Of a stretch of DNA of 58,323 bases, positions 47,156 to 56,971 are shown piece after piece (within the stretch, counting starts at the first letter, position 1; every line of letters starts with the position of its first letter). The notes under the pieces are model-generated. The model did no database searches. It was not told where the DNA came from and saw nothing but the letters and a program-made list of their open reading frames with translations. A program made the translations under genes and the position numbers. The DNA comes from Chloroflexota bacterium (GTDB lineage: Bacteria > Chloroflexota > Anaerolineae > UBA4142): positions 1-58,323 of the forward strand of contig JAMDCU010000089.1 of NCBI GenBank assembly GCA_023489485.1. The letters are read 5' to 3'.

Positions 47156-47741
47156 GAATGGATTTCTCCTCAGGCATCGTCGACACGCGCGTGTCGAGGA
47201 CCGCGCGGATGAGCTCCGTCGCTTCTTTGACGGTAATCCGCTCGGTATTGATGATGAGATCGTAGAGAGCGGGGTCGTCCCACCGGATGCGATAAAGGCG
47301 TCTCAGGTAATTACGGCGGAACAGGTCGCTTGCCGCCACCTGCGCCTGAGCGGCCTTGAGCGAGATGCCCTGTTCGCGTGCCGCACGTTCAGCCCTGAGA
47401 GGCGCAGGAGCCGTGACACGTACATGCACGGTGTCCGGGTGGCCGCGCAAGATGGCTTGGCCGGCCCGGCCGACGATCACGACATTGCCCTCCGCGGCGA
47501 GTTCCTGCATCACTTCCGCAACGGCCTGTCGATACAGGCGGCAGGCTTGGGGCGAAGCACAGAATCCTAATAGTCCCAGTTCATCCATGGTAGAAAGGGC
47601 CACCTCGGGCGCACCGGCGCGGCGGGCGGCCTGATTGATCAAGTCCCGCCACACCAAGCGGTATCCGAGCTGCTTGGCCAGCGCTGCCGCGATCGGATGT
47701 CCGAGACTCCCCAACTGCTGGGAGATGGTGATGATGCCCAT
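47142..47741 (-). CDS. Cytidylate kinase-like family protein
   Basis: IITISQQLGSLG P-loop, NVVIVGR and YDLIINT motifs. Confidence 0.88.
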   Translation of the reverse strand: MGIITISQQLGSLGHPIAAALAKQLGYRLVWRDLINQAARRAGAPEVALSTMDELGLLGFCASPQACRLYRQAVAEVMQELAAEGNVVIVGRAGQAILRGHPDTVHVRVTAPAPLRAERAAREQGISLKAAQAQVAASDLFRRNYLRRLYRIRWDDPALYDLIINTERITVKEATELIRAVLDTRVSTMPEEKSILESV

Positions 47742-47764
47742 AGTCAAATCTCGCTCTTGCGTTT

Positions 47765-47792
47765 AGTATAACACGGAAAAGGGCATAGTCAA
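47765..47792 (-). promoter_or_regulatory. Promoter for the cmk-like/nuclease/hpt operon
   Basis: TTGACT-16 bp-TATACT with an extended TG on the minus strand. Confidence 0.65.
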
Positions 47793-47837
47793 ACGCGAAC
47801 TGCAATTTTCTCCTCTTTCACTGTGCGAGAGATTGTC

Positions 47838-47865
47838 TTGCGCGACCATGGCCTCGGAGTATAAT
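47838..47865 (+). promoter_or_regulatory. Promoter for malQ
   Basis: TTGCGC-16 bp-TATAAT, followed by a GAGGAGG RBS. Confidence 0.55.
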
Positions 47866-47894
47866 GAGCTCAATCTCCCGAGGAGGTCTGTTCC

Positions 47895-49445
47895 ATGCGA
47901 TTTCCGCGCCGCAGTGGCATTCTGTTGCACCCGACATCGCTCCCCGGCCGATTCGGCATCGGCGACATGGGCGACGCGGCTTTTCGGTTCGCAGATTTCT
48001 TGGCTTGGGCCGGCCAGACTTACTGGCAGGTGCTTCCCCTCAGCCCCACTGGTTACGGCGATTCCCCTTACCAGGGCCTCTCCGCGTTCGCGGGGAATCC
48101 GATGCTAATCAGTCCTGAAAAACTGATGGAGCAAGGCGATCTACTTCCAGCGGACCTGGACACCTTGCCATCCTTCAATCCTGCTTCTGTGGATTTTGGC
48201 CTCGTCATTCGTTTCAAGACGAATCTCCTCGACCGCGCTTTTAGCCGTTTTCAACAGAGTGGATCGTCCGTACGGAAACAGGCATTTAGGAGCTTTTGTC
48301 GAGACGCGGCGCACTGGCTGGACGATTTTGCGCTCTTTATGGCCCTCAAGGAAGCGCACGAGCTGCGTCCCTGGCCCGTGTGGGAACCGGAACTGGCGCG
48401 TCGTCAGCCGGAGGCGCTTGCACTCGCGCGCGAGCACTTGGCGGACAAGATAGAGCGCGCCAAATACCAGCAGTGGCAATTCTTTCAGCAGTGGCTGGCG
48501 CTCAAGCGATACGCGAACGAGCATGGCCTCGCCATCATTGGCGATCTTCCTCTGTATGTCTCTGAAGACAGCGCCGACGTGTGGGCCAACTCGCAGCTCT
48601 TCCAGTTCGACAATAACCTCCGTCTCAAGTTGGTCGCCGGCGTACCGCCCGATTATTTCAGCGAAACGGGGCAACTGTGGGGAAATCCCATTTACCGGTG
48701 GCGCGAGATGGCACGGAACGGTTATGCTTGGTGGATTGCGCGCTTCCGGATGGCTTTCACACAAGCAGACGTGGTGCGGATTGATCACTTTCGAGGTTTC
48801 TATAATTACTGGGAGGTTCCCGCGGGAGAACCGACGGCGGTCAAAGGGCGCTGGGTGCGCGGCCCAGGCGCGTCCCTATTCCGCGCCATCACGCGCGCTT
48901 TGGGAGACGTGGCGATTATTGCCGAAGACTTGGGCGATTTCGATCCCAAATCGCGCGCGGGCGTCGACGCGTTGCAAGCAGAATTCGGATATCCCGGGAT
49001 GAAAGTGCTGCAATTCGCGTTTGGCAATGGTCGAAACGACCCATTCTTACCTCATACCTATCCGCGCGATACCGTCGTCTACACCGGCACGCACGACAAT
49101 GATACGACGGTGGGCTGGTACCAGGCCACGTCGACCGAAAAGGAACGGGACTATGCGCGGCGCTATATGGCGCGAAGTGGCTCGGACATTGCCTGGGATT
49201 TCATCCGGCTCGCGTGGGGATCGGCGGCAAACACGGCAATGGCCCCTGCGCAAGACCTCTTGAGTCTCGGCCATTCCGCGCGCATGAATACGCCGAGCAC
49301 GAGCGGCGCGCCGAACTGGTGCTGGAGGCTTTTGCCGGACGCGCTGAATGAGGGGGTGGCCGCACGGCTGGGGGAGATGACGGAGATCTATGGGAGGAAA
49401 CCTCCTCACCCTCCCCTCTCCCCCTCCGAGGGGGAGAGGAATTGA
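47895..49445 (+). CDS. malQ: 4-alpha-glucanotransferase (amylomaltase, GH77)
   Basis: GILLHPTSLP, GVPPDYFSETGQLWGNP, RIDHFRG, IAEDLG and YTGTHDNDT motifs. Confidence 0.97.
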   Translation: MRFPRRSGILLHPTSLPGRFGIGDMGDAAFRFADFLAWAGQTYWQVLPLSPTGYGDSPYQGLSAFAGNPMLISPEKLMEQGDLLPADLDTLPSFNPASVDFGLVIRFKTNLLDRAFSRFQQSGSSVRKQAFRSFCRDAAHWLDDFALFMALKEAHELRPWPVWEPELARRQPEALALAREHLADKIERAKYQQWQFFQQWLALKRYANEHGLAIIGDLPLYVSEDSADVWANSQLFQFDNNLRLKLVAGVPPDYFSETGQLWGNPIYRWREMARNGYAWWIARFRMAFTQADVVRIDHFRGFYNYWEVPAGEPTAVKGRWVRGPGASLFRAITRALGDVAIIAEDLGDFDPKSRAGVDALQAEFGYPGMKVLQFAFGNGRNDPFLPHTYPRDTVVYTGTHDNDTTVGWYQATSTEKERDYARRYMARSGSDIAWDFIRLAWGSAANTAMAPAQDLLSLGHSARMNTPSTSGAPNWCWRLLPDALNEGVAARLGEMTEIYGRKPPHPPLSPSEGERN

Positions 49446-49450
49446 AACCT

Positions 49451-50062
49451 CTATCTTAGCTCAAAGATGGCCGTAGTAGCGAGGAGGTTCTTGGCAAAGC
49501 CGGGTTGGTGGCGCTGGTTGCCGTCGAGGTAGATTTCACGTGTGACGCGAATCTGGTTCTCGCCGCAAAACTCGAGAAAGTCGCGGACGGTGAGGGGCCG
49601 GATGCGCGGGGTTGAATTCCACGGCTGAGGGAGGCCCGGCGCCATAGGGGAGCGGCCGTTTTGCAGGAAATCAAGACGGCAGCGCCAATGCCCCCAATTT
49701 GGAAAGCTCACAACGGCACGCGCTCCCACTCGCAACATTTCCTTGAGAACAAAGGCAGGTTCGTTGAGATAGGGAATCGTATAGCTCAGAATGACGGTGT
49801 CAAAGGACTGGTTCGGATAGTCTCCCAGCCCTTCGTGCAAGTCGCCCTGACGGACGCTGACGCCTTTGCGCACGCATGCGAGCACACCTGCTTCGGAGAG
49901 CTCCACCCCACGCCCTGTAATCTGCCGCGAGTCCATGAGGTAGCGCAAGAGCGCCCCATCTCCGCACCCAAGGTCCAACACCTTTTCGCCGGCCTCGATC
50001 AAGTCGGCCACCGCGAGCAGATCGGCGCGGAGATCGTTCTGTTTGTGCCCGTTATTTTCCAT
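49451..50062 (-). CDS. metW: Methionine biosynthesis protein MetW
   Basis: VLDLGCGDG.LL and VSFPNWGHWRCR motifs; downstream of metX. Confidence 0.92.
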   Translation of the reverse strand: MENNGHKQNDLRADLLAVADLIEAGEKVLDLGCGDGALLRYLMDSRQITGRGVELSEAGVLACVRKGVSVRQGDLHEGLGDYPNQSFDTVILSYTIPYLNEPAFVLKEMLRVGARAVVSFPNWGHWRCRLDFLQNGRSPMAPGLPQPWNSTPRIRPLTVRDFLEFCGENQIRVTREIYLDGNQRHQPGFAKNLLATTAIFELR

Positions 50063-50097
50063 TCTATGCTTTCTTTCCCCTCAAATTCGGTGAAAGC

Positions 50098-50135
50098 GGG
50101 GTGAGGCGGGCGACACCTGCCGCCCGCCTCACCCC
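50098..50135. repeat. GC-rich palindrome between metX and metW
   Basis: GGGGTGAGGCGGGCG/CGCCCGCCTCACCCC 15-bp stem. Confidence 0.7.
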
Positions 50136-50144
50136 ACACGTTCC

Positions 50145-51383
50145 TTATCCTTGCTTGGCGTCTTGCGGCAGCGACAGAGAGGGTGATGGTTCGAGACGAG
50201 GCGTCTGTATGAGACAGGCGGCGTCAGGTTGTTCGGGCAGCGCGATCTTGAAATCAGTCACGACCCGGTCAAGGAAGTTGGAAATCAAGCTCGTCATCGT
50301 CTCTACTTCAAGCAAGAATGCGTCGTGTCCCCATGTGGACTGCAGGTTGCAGTAGCTCACATCCGCGCCGACGGCAGTCAGCGCGCTGACCAGCTCTTTC
50401 GAATGATAGGCCGGGTAGAGCCAGTCGGATGTGAACGAGACGACGAGGTAAACAACGCGGCTGCTGTTCGCAAAAGCGGCGGCGAGACTGTGTTGCCCAT
50501 TGCTCAGATCGAAATAGTCCATCGCTTTGGTCACGTAAAGATAGCTGTTGGCATCAAAGCGCTGGGTAAAGCCATTGCCCTTGTAGCGCAGATAGCCTTC
50601 CACCGAAAAGTCGGTATCAAAGTCATACCCAAAGCGGGCGCGGGTGAGATTGCGTCCGAACTTTTGTTGCATGGACGTTTCGCTCAAATAAGTGATGTGT
50701 CCGATCATGCGGGCCACCGCGAGCCCTGAATTCGGGCGCACGCCATCGTAATAGTCGCCGCGATTCCAGTTCGGGTCCGCGTAGATCGCTTGGCGCCCCA
50801 CCTCGCTGAAAGCAATGAGCATCGGAGAATGGCGGGCGGTGGTCGCGAGGGGGAGAGCAGCACGCACGCGGTCCGGGTAGCTGACTGTCCACTGGAGCAC
50901 CTGCATCCCGCCCATGCTGCCGCCGGCCACGGCCAAGAGGCGCTCGATGCCGAGATGATCGATCAGATCGCTCTGAGCGCGGACCATGTCTGCCACGGTC
51001 ACCACGGGGAAACTCAGCCCGTAGGGCTTGCCCGTCTGGGGATTGATCGAACTTGGACCGGTAGACCCCTGGCATCCTCCGATCACATTAGAGCAGATTA
51101 CAAAGAATTTGTTAGTGTCGAACGCTTTTTCCGGGCCAATGCAGTCATCCCACCAGCCTGGCTGTTTGTCGTCAGGCGCTTGATAACCGGCCGCGTGAGC
51201 ATCGCCCGAGAGCGCATGCAGGATGAGAATGGCGTTGCTCTTGTCCGCATTGAGTTTGCCGTATGTCTCGTACGCGAGCGTAATCGGCCCGAGCGTTTCG
51301 CCGCTGTCGAGCGGCGTGGGCTCGTCTTCGGCAAAGGTAAAGTATTGGCGTTCGACCAAGCCTACAGAGTGTGTGGTTTCCAT
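50145..51383 (-). CDS. metX: Homoserine O-acetyltransferase
   Basis: Start METTHSVG at 51383; HALSGD, PGWWD, GGSMGG, RFDANSY and GHDAFLLE motifs. Confidence 0.95.
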   Translation of the reverse strand: METTHSVGLVERQYFTFAEDEPTPLDSGETLGPITLAYETYGKLNADKSNAILILHALSGDAHAAGYQAPDDKQPGWWDDCIGPEKAFDTNKFFVICSNVIGGCQGSTGPSSINPQTGKPYGLSFPVVTVADMVRAQSDLIDHLGIERLLAVAGGSMGGMQVLQWTVSYPDRVRAALPLATTARHSPMLIAFSEVGRQAIYADPNWNRGDYYDGVRPNSGLAVARMIGHITYLSETSMQQKFGRNLTRARFGYDFDTDFSVEGYLRYKGNGFTQRFDANSYLYVTKAMDYFDLSNGQHSLAAAFANSSRVVYLVVSFTSDWLYPAYHSKELVSALTAVGADVSYCNLQSTWGHDAFLLEVETMTSLISNFLDRVVTDFKIALPEQPDAACLIQTPRLEPSPSLSLPQDAKQG

Positions 51384-51396
51384 ATTGCGCCTGTGA

Positions 51397-52734
<1,338 letters not shown>

Positions 52735-52814
52735 CTAACGAACAAAGTTGCAGCGGACGCTCAGGGAAACGCGAAACCTCCTCAGGAAAACTCTAAATCC
52801 AGAGGAGGTTCGGG

Positions 52815-52850
52815 AGAAACAAAAACCTCTTCCGCTGAAAGAAGAGGTTT
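52815..52850 (-). terminator. Riboswitch expression-platform terminator
   Basis: Minus strand AAACCTCTTC/GAAGAGGTTT stem followed by TTGTTT. Confidence 0.85.
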
Positions 52851-52865
52851 ATCGACAACACTGTC

Positions 52866-53021
52866 CTCTCATCTTCCAGAGTCCATCTCTGCCGGAATTG
52901 GCACCAAGTCTGGAGGTGGGAGGTTAGAAGTTGGCGAGTCCAACTACTGATTCTAACGTCTCATCCCCAAAAGGTTGCCGAGGCTTCACAGGGCCGGTCC
53001 CTCCGCCTCTCTGGATAAGAG
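52866..53021 (-). ncRNA. SAM-I (S-box) riboswitch
   Basis: CTCTTATCCAGAGAGGCGGAGGGACCGGCCCTGTGAAGCCTCGGCAACC...GGTGCCAATTCCGGCAG...CTGGAAGATGAGAG upstream of metY. Confidence 0.97.
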
Positions 53022-53051
53022 TGAAGAATGAGCTATTCGATTGTTGGGGAC

Positions 53052-53080
53052 TTTATAGCACAGACCCTGCCAAATGTCAA
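53052..53080 (-). promoter_or_regulatory. Promoter for the SAM leader/met operon
   Basis: TTGACA-17 bp-TATAAA with an extended TG. Confidence 0.8.
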
Positions 53081-53113
53081 GAAAAGCGCACAGAGACTCT
53101 TGCCAGATGGCAT

Positions 53114-53141
53114 TTGACAGATGCTCGAAATTTAGTAAAAT
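53114..53141 (+). promoter_or_regulatory. Promoter for cysK-cysE
   Basis: TTGACA-16 bp-TAAAAT. Confidence 0.7.
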
Positions 53142-53173
53142 AACCACCGCATCATAAAGCGAGCAAACCAAGA

Positions 53174-53281
53174 ATGATTTCTCGTCGGTGGAATGTCGAG
53201 ACCAATTCTGGCGCCATATGCCTGCTCTGCGTCTGTACCGGGCGGGGGCTGTCGCACCGCGTCCAGAAGTCATTGGCTTGA
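53174..53281 (+). CDS. Candidate Cys-rich leader peptide
   Basis: MISRRWNVETNSGAICLLCVCTGRGLSHRVQKSLA*: three Cys in six codons, in the cysK leader; weak RBS. Confidence 0.4.
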   Translation: MISRRWNVETNSGAICLLCVCTGRGLSHRVQKSLA

Positions 53282-53355
53282 TTGCCGACGAATAGGTGTG
53301 ACCTGTCCCCGCAGCAGATATGCTTGGTTTTGCGGGGGACCGGGATTGCCACTCG

Positions 53356-53393
53356 GCAAGAGCCCAGGACTAGCCCTGGGCTCTTGCATTTCC
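53356..53393 (+). terminator. Strong hairpin in the cysK leader (possible attenuator)
   Basis: GCAAGAGCCCAGG/CCTGGGCTCTTGC 13-bp stem followed by a short ATTT. Confidence 0.5.
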
Positions 53394-53445
53394 CGATGAA
53401 TCTTTGTAATAATCCTTCAGGTGCAAGAATCAGGAGCCATAAAAC

Positions 53446-54381
53446 ATGAGAATCGCAAATGATGTTACCGAATTGATAGGTAATACACCGCTCGTGCGCC
53501 TGCGGCGCGTGACCGAGGGGAGCAAGGCGACGGTCGTCGCCAAGCTGGAATATATGAACCCGGCGCACAGCGTCAAGGATAGGATCGGCGTAGCGATGAT
53601 TGATGCCGCCGAAAAGGCGGGACGCGTCAAGCCGGATACGGTGATTGTCGAACCGACGAGCGGGAACACCGGGATTGCCCTCGCGATGGTCTGCGCCGCA
53701 CGCGGCTATAAATGCATTCTGACCATGCCCGACACCATGAGCAAAGAGCGCCGCATGCTGTTGCGCGCCTTTGGCGCCGAACTGGTGCTTACGCCCGGGA
53801 GCGAAGGGATGGGGGGAGCAATTCGCAAGGCGGAAGAAATGGCGGCTGCCGATTCTCGCTATTTCATTCCTCAACAGTTTGAAAATCCGGCGAACCCCGA
53901 GATTCACCGCAAGACGACTGCTGAAGAGATCTGGCGCGACACGGATGGCCGGGTAGATTTCCTGGTCGCCGGAGTTGGCACGGGCGGAACAATTACGGGC
54001 GTCGGAGAGGTCATCAAGGCACGCAAGCCCTCCTTCAAGGCAATTGCGGTTGAACCCGACGGGTCGCCAGTCCTCTCGGGCGGCCAGAAAGGGCCGCACC
54101 CGCTCCAGGGCATCGGAGCTGGGTTTGTTCCGCAAGTCCTGAACACCAAGATCTATGATCAAGTCATTCGAGTGAAGAATGACGATGCCTTTGTTACGGC
54201 GCGGCGGATGGCACGCGAGGAAGGGCTGCTCGTCGGTATATCGTCGGGCGCGGCGACCTGGGCGGCGCTGCAGGTGGCGCGCCGTCCTGAGAATGAGGGC
54301 AAGCTGATCGTCGTCATCATTCCTTCGTTCGGCGAGCGATATCTGAGCACGCCGCTTTATGCGGACCTGGCCGAGGGATGA
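53446..54381 (+). CDS. cysK: Cysteine synthase A
   Basis: [34 protein letters not shown] and [10 protein letters not shown] motifs. Confidence 0.98.
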   Translation: MRIANDVTELIGNTPLVRLRRVTEGSKATVVAKLEYMNPAHSVKDRIGVAMIDAAEKAGRVKPDTVIVEPTSGNTGIALAMVCAARGYKCILTMPDTMSKERRMLLRAFGAELVLTPGSEGMGGAIRKAEEMAAADSRYFIPQQFENPANPEIHRKTTAEEIWRDTDGRVDFLVAGVGTGGTITGVGEVIKARKPSFKAIAVEPDGSPVLSGGQKGPHPLQGIGAGFVPQVLNTKIYDQVIRVKNDDAFVTARRMAREEGLLVGISSGAATWAALQVARRPENEGKLIVVIIPSFGERYLSTPLYADLAEG

Positions 54382-54391
54382 AGGAGGAACG

Positions 54392-55225
54392 ATGAAGGAT
54401 GAAGAACGTGGGTTCAAGCTTCCCAGGCCGCAGGGTTCCGGGTTGAACGTTCCGATTTCAGACGGGCGCTCTCGCAATCTGGAATCTGAAACTCATGTGA
54501 AACCCCGCCGGGGGCCCGGTGTCCTCACCGCCATCAAGGGTGACATACATTCCGTGTTTGAGCGCGACCCGGCAGCCAGGAGTATGCTCGAAGTATTGCT
54601 CTGCTATCCCGGGCTGCATGCCGTGTGGGCGCACTGTGTTACGCACTGGCTCTGGACCCACAAGCTCAAATTACTGGCGCGCTGGCTCTCCCAAATCGCA
54701 CGCGGAGTCACGGGGATCGAGATCCACCCGGGAGCTGTCATCGGCCCTGGCCTATTCATCGATCACGGCATGGGTGTTGTGATCGGCGAGACGGCGGAAA
54801 TTGGGGCGAACGTGACGCTGTATCACGGCGTCACGTTGGGCGGAACGAGTATCGTCAAAGGCAAGCGCCATCCGACTTTGGGGGACCGTGTGGTGGTGGG
54901 GGCGGGCGCCAAAGTCCTCGGTGCCATCACGGTGGGCGAGGACAGCCGCATTGGGGCGAACGCTGTGGTCGTGCGGCCAGTTCCGCCGAATTCGGTCGTC
55001 GTCGGAGTGCCGGGGAATGCGGTGATGCGAACGCAGGCACGCGTCGCCGGAGACACGCCCGACCTGGAGCACAATCGGATGCCAGACATGATCGGCGCCT
55101 CCGTCATCTCGCTAATGTCGCGAGTCGATGCGCTTGAACAACTGGTCGTCGGACATACCCACATATCCGAACCGGGTCATCTCCCGAAGGAAGGGGTATG
55201 GGACGTCGAGGACTATACGATCTAG
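54392..55225 (+). CDS. cysE: Serine O-acetyltransferase
   Basis: [35 protein letters not shown] and GKRHPT motifs. ATG 54392 follows AGGAGG; GTG 54497 is an alternative start. Confidence 0.95.
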   Translation: MKDEERGFKLPRPQGSGLNVPISDGRSRNLESETHVKPRRGPGVLTAIKGDIHSVFERDPAARSMLEVLLCYPGLHAVWAHCVTHWLWTHKLKLLARWLSQIARGVTGIEIHPGAVIGPGLFIDHGMGVVIGETAEIGANVTLYHGVTLGGTSIVKGKRHPTLGDRVVVGAGAKVLGAITVGEDSRIGANAVVVRPVPPNSVVVGVPGNAVMRTQARVAGDTPDLEHNRMPDMIGASVISLMSRVDALEQLVVGHTHISEPGHLPKEGVWDVEDYTI

Positions 55226-55228
55226 AGG

Positions 55229-55268
55229 ATTCCCCCTCTGTGCAATCCACAGAGGGGGAATGCTTTAT
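55229..55268 (+). terminator. Hairpin after cysE
   Basis: ATTCCCCCTCTGTG/CACAGAGGGGGAAT 14-bp stem. Confidence 0.65.
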
Positions 55269-55904
55269 AATGCCGCGGTTACGGCAGCAGATAGTCTCAG
55301 CCCCAATTGGCAAGAGGCCGGCGGATGGGTCCCGTAACGAAACGCCACGCAGGCCCTATTGCAGCGACACCCAAGTGTATATATACTGGTGATACGGCAG
55401 CGGCTGTGCGGCGCTGGAAAATTCAGAACGCCAGTCTCTAGATTTTGCGTTCGCTTGGGCAAGCATGGTTCGAAAAGTGGCCTTTGATGCGATTGTCGTG
55501 CGCAAAGCCCCGAACGGCATGAATGCCGCCATCAACATAGCATGGTGACTTTGATTCGTTTTTGTCTAGAATGTGTCCACGCATCCCCCCCCACCTCCGC
55601 GTGCCTGCTCGTTTTGGCTTATACGCCATCCGCTCGGGCAAAGGATCGGCAGAGTCGGCAATTAGAGGAAAGCGGGCGAGTGCGCTGACTGCCGATCACT
55701 CGGCGCACGCGGTCTTACCTTTGGAGCAATCGCCGACGCTGTCCGTCCGCGACCCCGCCCGGAGGCAGGGTTCACGGCATGCGCGGCGTTGAAACAAATC
55801 AAGAGAGCATTGCGAGTTTGCCGAAAGCGTTGCGACGTAATGCACTCGGCAAACTCGCCGGTCGCCGAACGTGGATAAGTGGATTTGCCAGAAAGGAGGA
55901 AACA

Positions 55905-56678
55905 GTGGCAGCCGTTTTTGATACTCCGATTCGAACGAGTGCCGCGAATCTGGAAAGGGTACTGGCCGCAGGACGACCGATGTTAATTGTGTTCGAGTCG
56001 CCGAATTGTGACCCTTGTCGTTCACTTGACCCAACACTGAATGAACTGGCGCGTGAGTTCGCGGGCCGGGCGCTGATCGTCCGTGTGGAGAGTGCCGAGG
56101 AGGCCAATCTCGCCGCGCGCTTTCGGTTAGTGCGTGTTCCGACCCTCGTGTATTGGCAAAAAGGAAGCGAGGTCGCGCGCATCGACGGGGCGGCGGATGC
56201 GCGAGCCGTGCGAGCATGGCTCGAGTTCATGCTGGGGAACGGTCCGCAGCCCGCCCAAGCCAGCGGACCGAGCGTCTCGCTTGGGGGGGACGCTGCTCCA
56301 TCTTCCCAATCACGCGGCTCGTCTCGGCCGGCAACCTCGGCCCAAGACGGAGGACCGGTCGTCGTGACGGATGCCACCTTTTCTTCGAAGGTATTGCAAT
56401 CGCCGCTGCCGGTGCTCGTGGATTTTTGGGCGCCTTGGTGTGGCCCCTGCCGCATGGTTTCGCCCATCGTGGAGGACATGGGCCGGCAGTATGCAGGGCG
56501 CTTGCGCGTGGCAAAAGTGAACACGGACGAGAATCCAAATGAGGCAAGTCGCCTGGGCATCATGGGTATCCCCACCTTGATCTTTTTCAAGAACGGGCGA
56601 GAAATCGACCGGATCGTGGGCGCGGTGCCCAAAGCGAACTTACAGACCCGAGTCGAACGTGTTTTGAGCGCCGGCTGA
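55905..56678 (+). CDS. trxA: Two-domain thioredoxin
   Basis: GTG 55905 follows AAGGAGG. N-terminal domain with CDPC, a Ser/Pro/Gly linker, and a C-terminal domain with DFWAPWCGPC. Confidence 0.88.
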   Translation: MAAVFDTPIRTSAANLERVLAAGRPMLIVFESPNCDPCRSLDPTLNELAREFAGRALIVRVESAEEANLAARFRLVRVPTLVYWQKGSEVARIDGAADARAVRAWLEFMLGNGPQPAQASGPSVSLGGDAAPSSQSRGSSRPATSAQDGGPVVVTDATFSSKVLQSPLPVLVDFWAPWCGPCRMVSPIVEDMGRQYAGRLRVAKVNTDENPNEASRLGIMGIPTLIFFKNGREIDRIVGAVPKANLQTRVERVLSAG

Positions 56679-56971
56679 GCCGTAAGCTCGTCAACCGCTT
56701 CTTGACCGGTCCAGCAACTCTTGTAAAGCTATAGAGCGAAGCCTGCCTGTTCTTGTGTTCAGTATCGTTTCTGCTCCCAAGGAAGGCCTGGGAAGTTGGA
56801 ATCTACATGACTCCCCTAGCCCGCCTCTTTATGCTCTACGACCGAATGATAACGCGAACCTCGCAGCGGATTGGGGACTGGAGTAGAGCGGCGATGATTT
56901 GACGAATTTGGTCGCGTGTGCTAACGTTCTCATAGACTCTGCGCCCCCACTTTGCGCCTCTCAGGAGAAAA

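Noticed and set aside
53193-53399. 68-aa ORF with six scattered Cys as the cysK leader peptide
   Set aside because: The Cys codons are dispersed and the ORF runs through the hairpins; the clustered-Cys ORF at 53174 fits attenuation better.
53150-53445. Cys T-box riboswitch
   Set aside because: No TGGNACC T-box bulge or specifier stem motifs were found.
53152-54477. 441-aa minus-strand ORF
   Set aside because: Antisense shadow of cysK, with no motifs.
55270-55900. ORFs or ncRNA between cysE and trxA
   Set aside because: Only short palindromes (e.g. CGGCATGAATGCCG; GAGTTTGCCGA/TCGGCAAACTC) were seen, with no supportable gene or known RNA motif.
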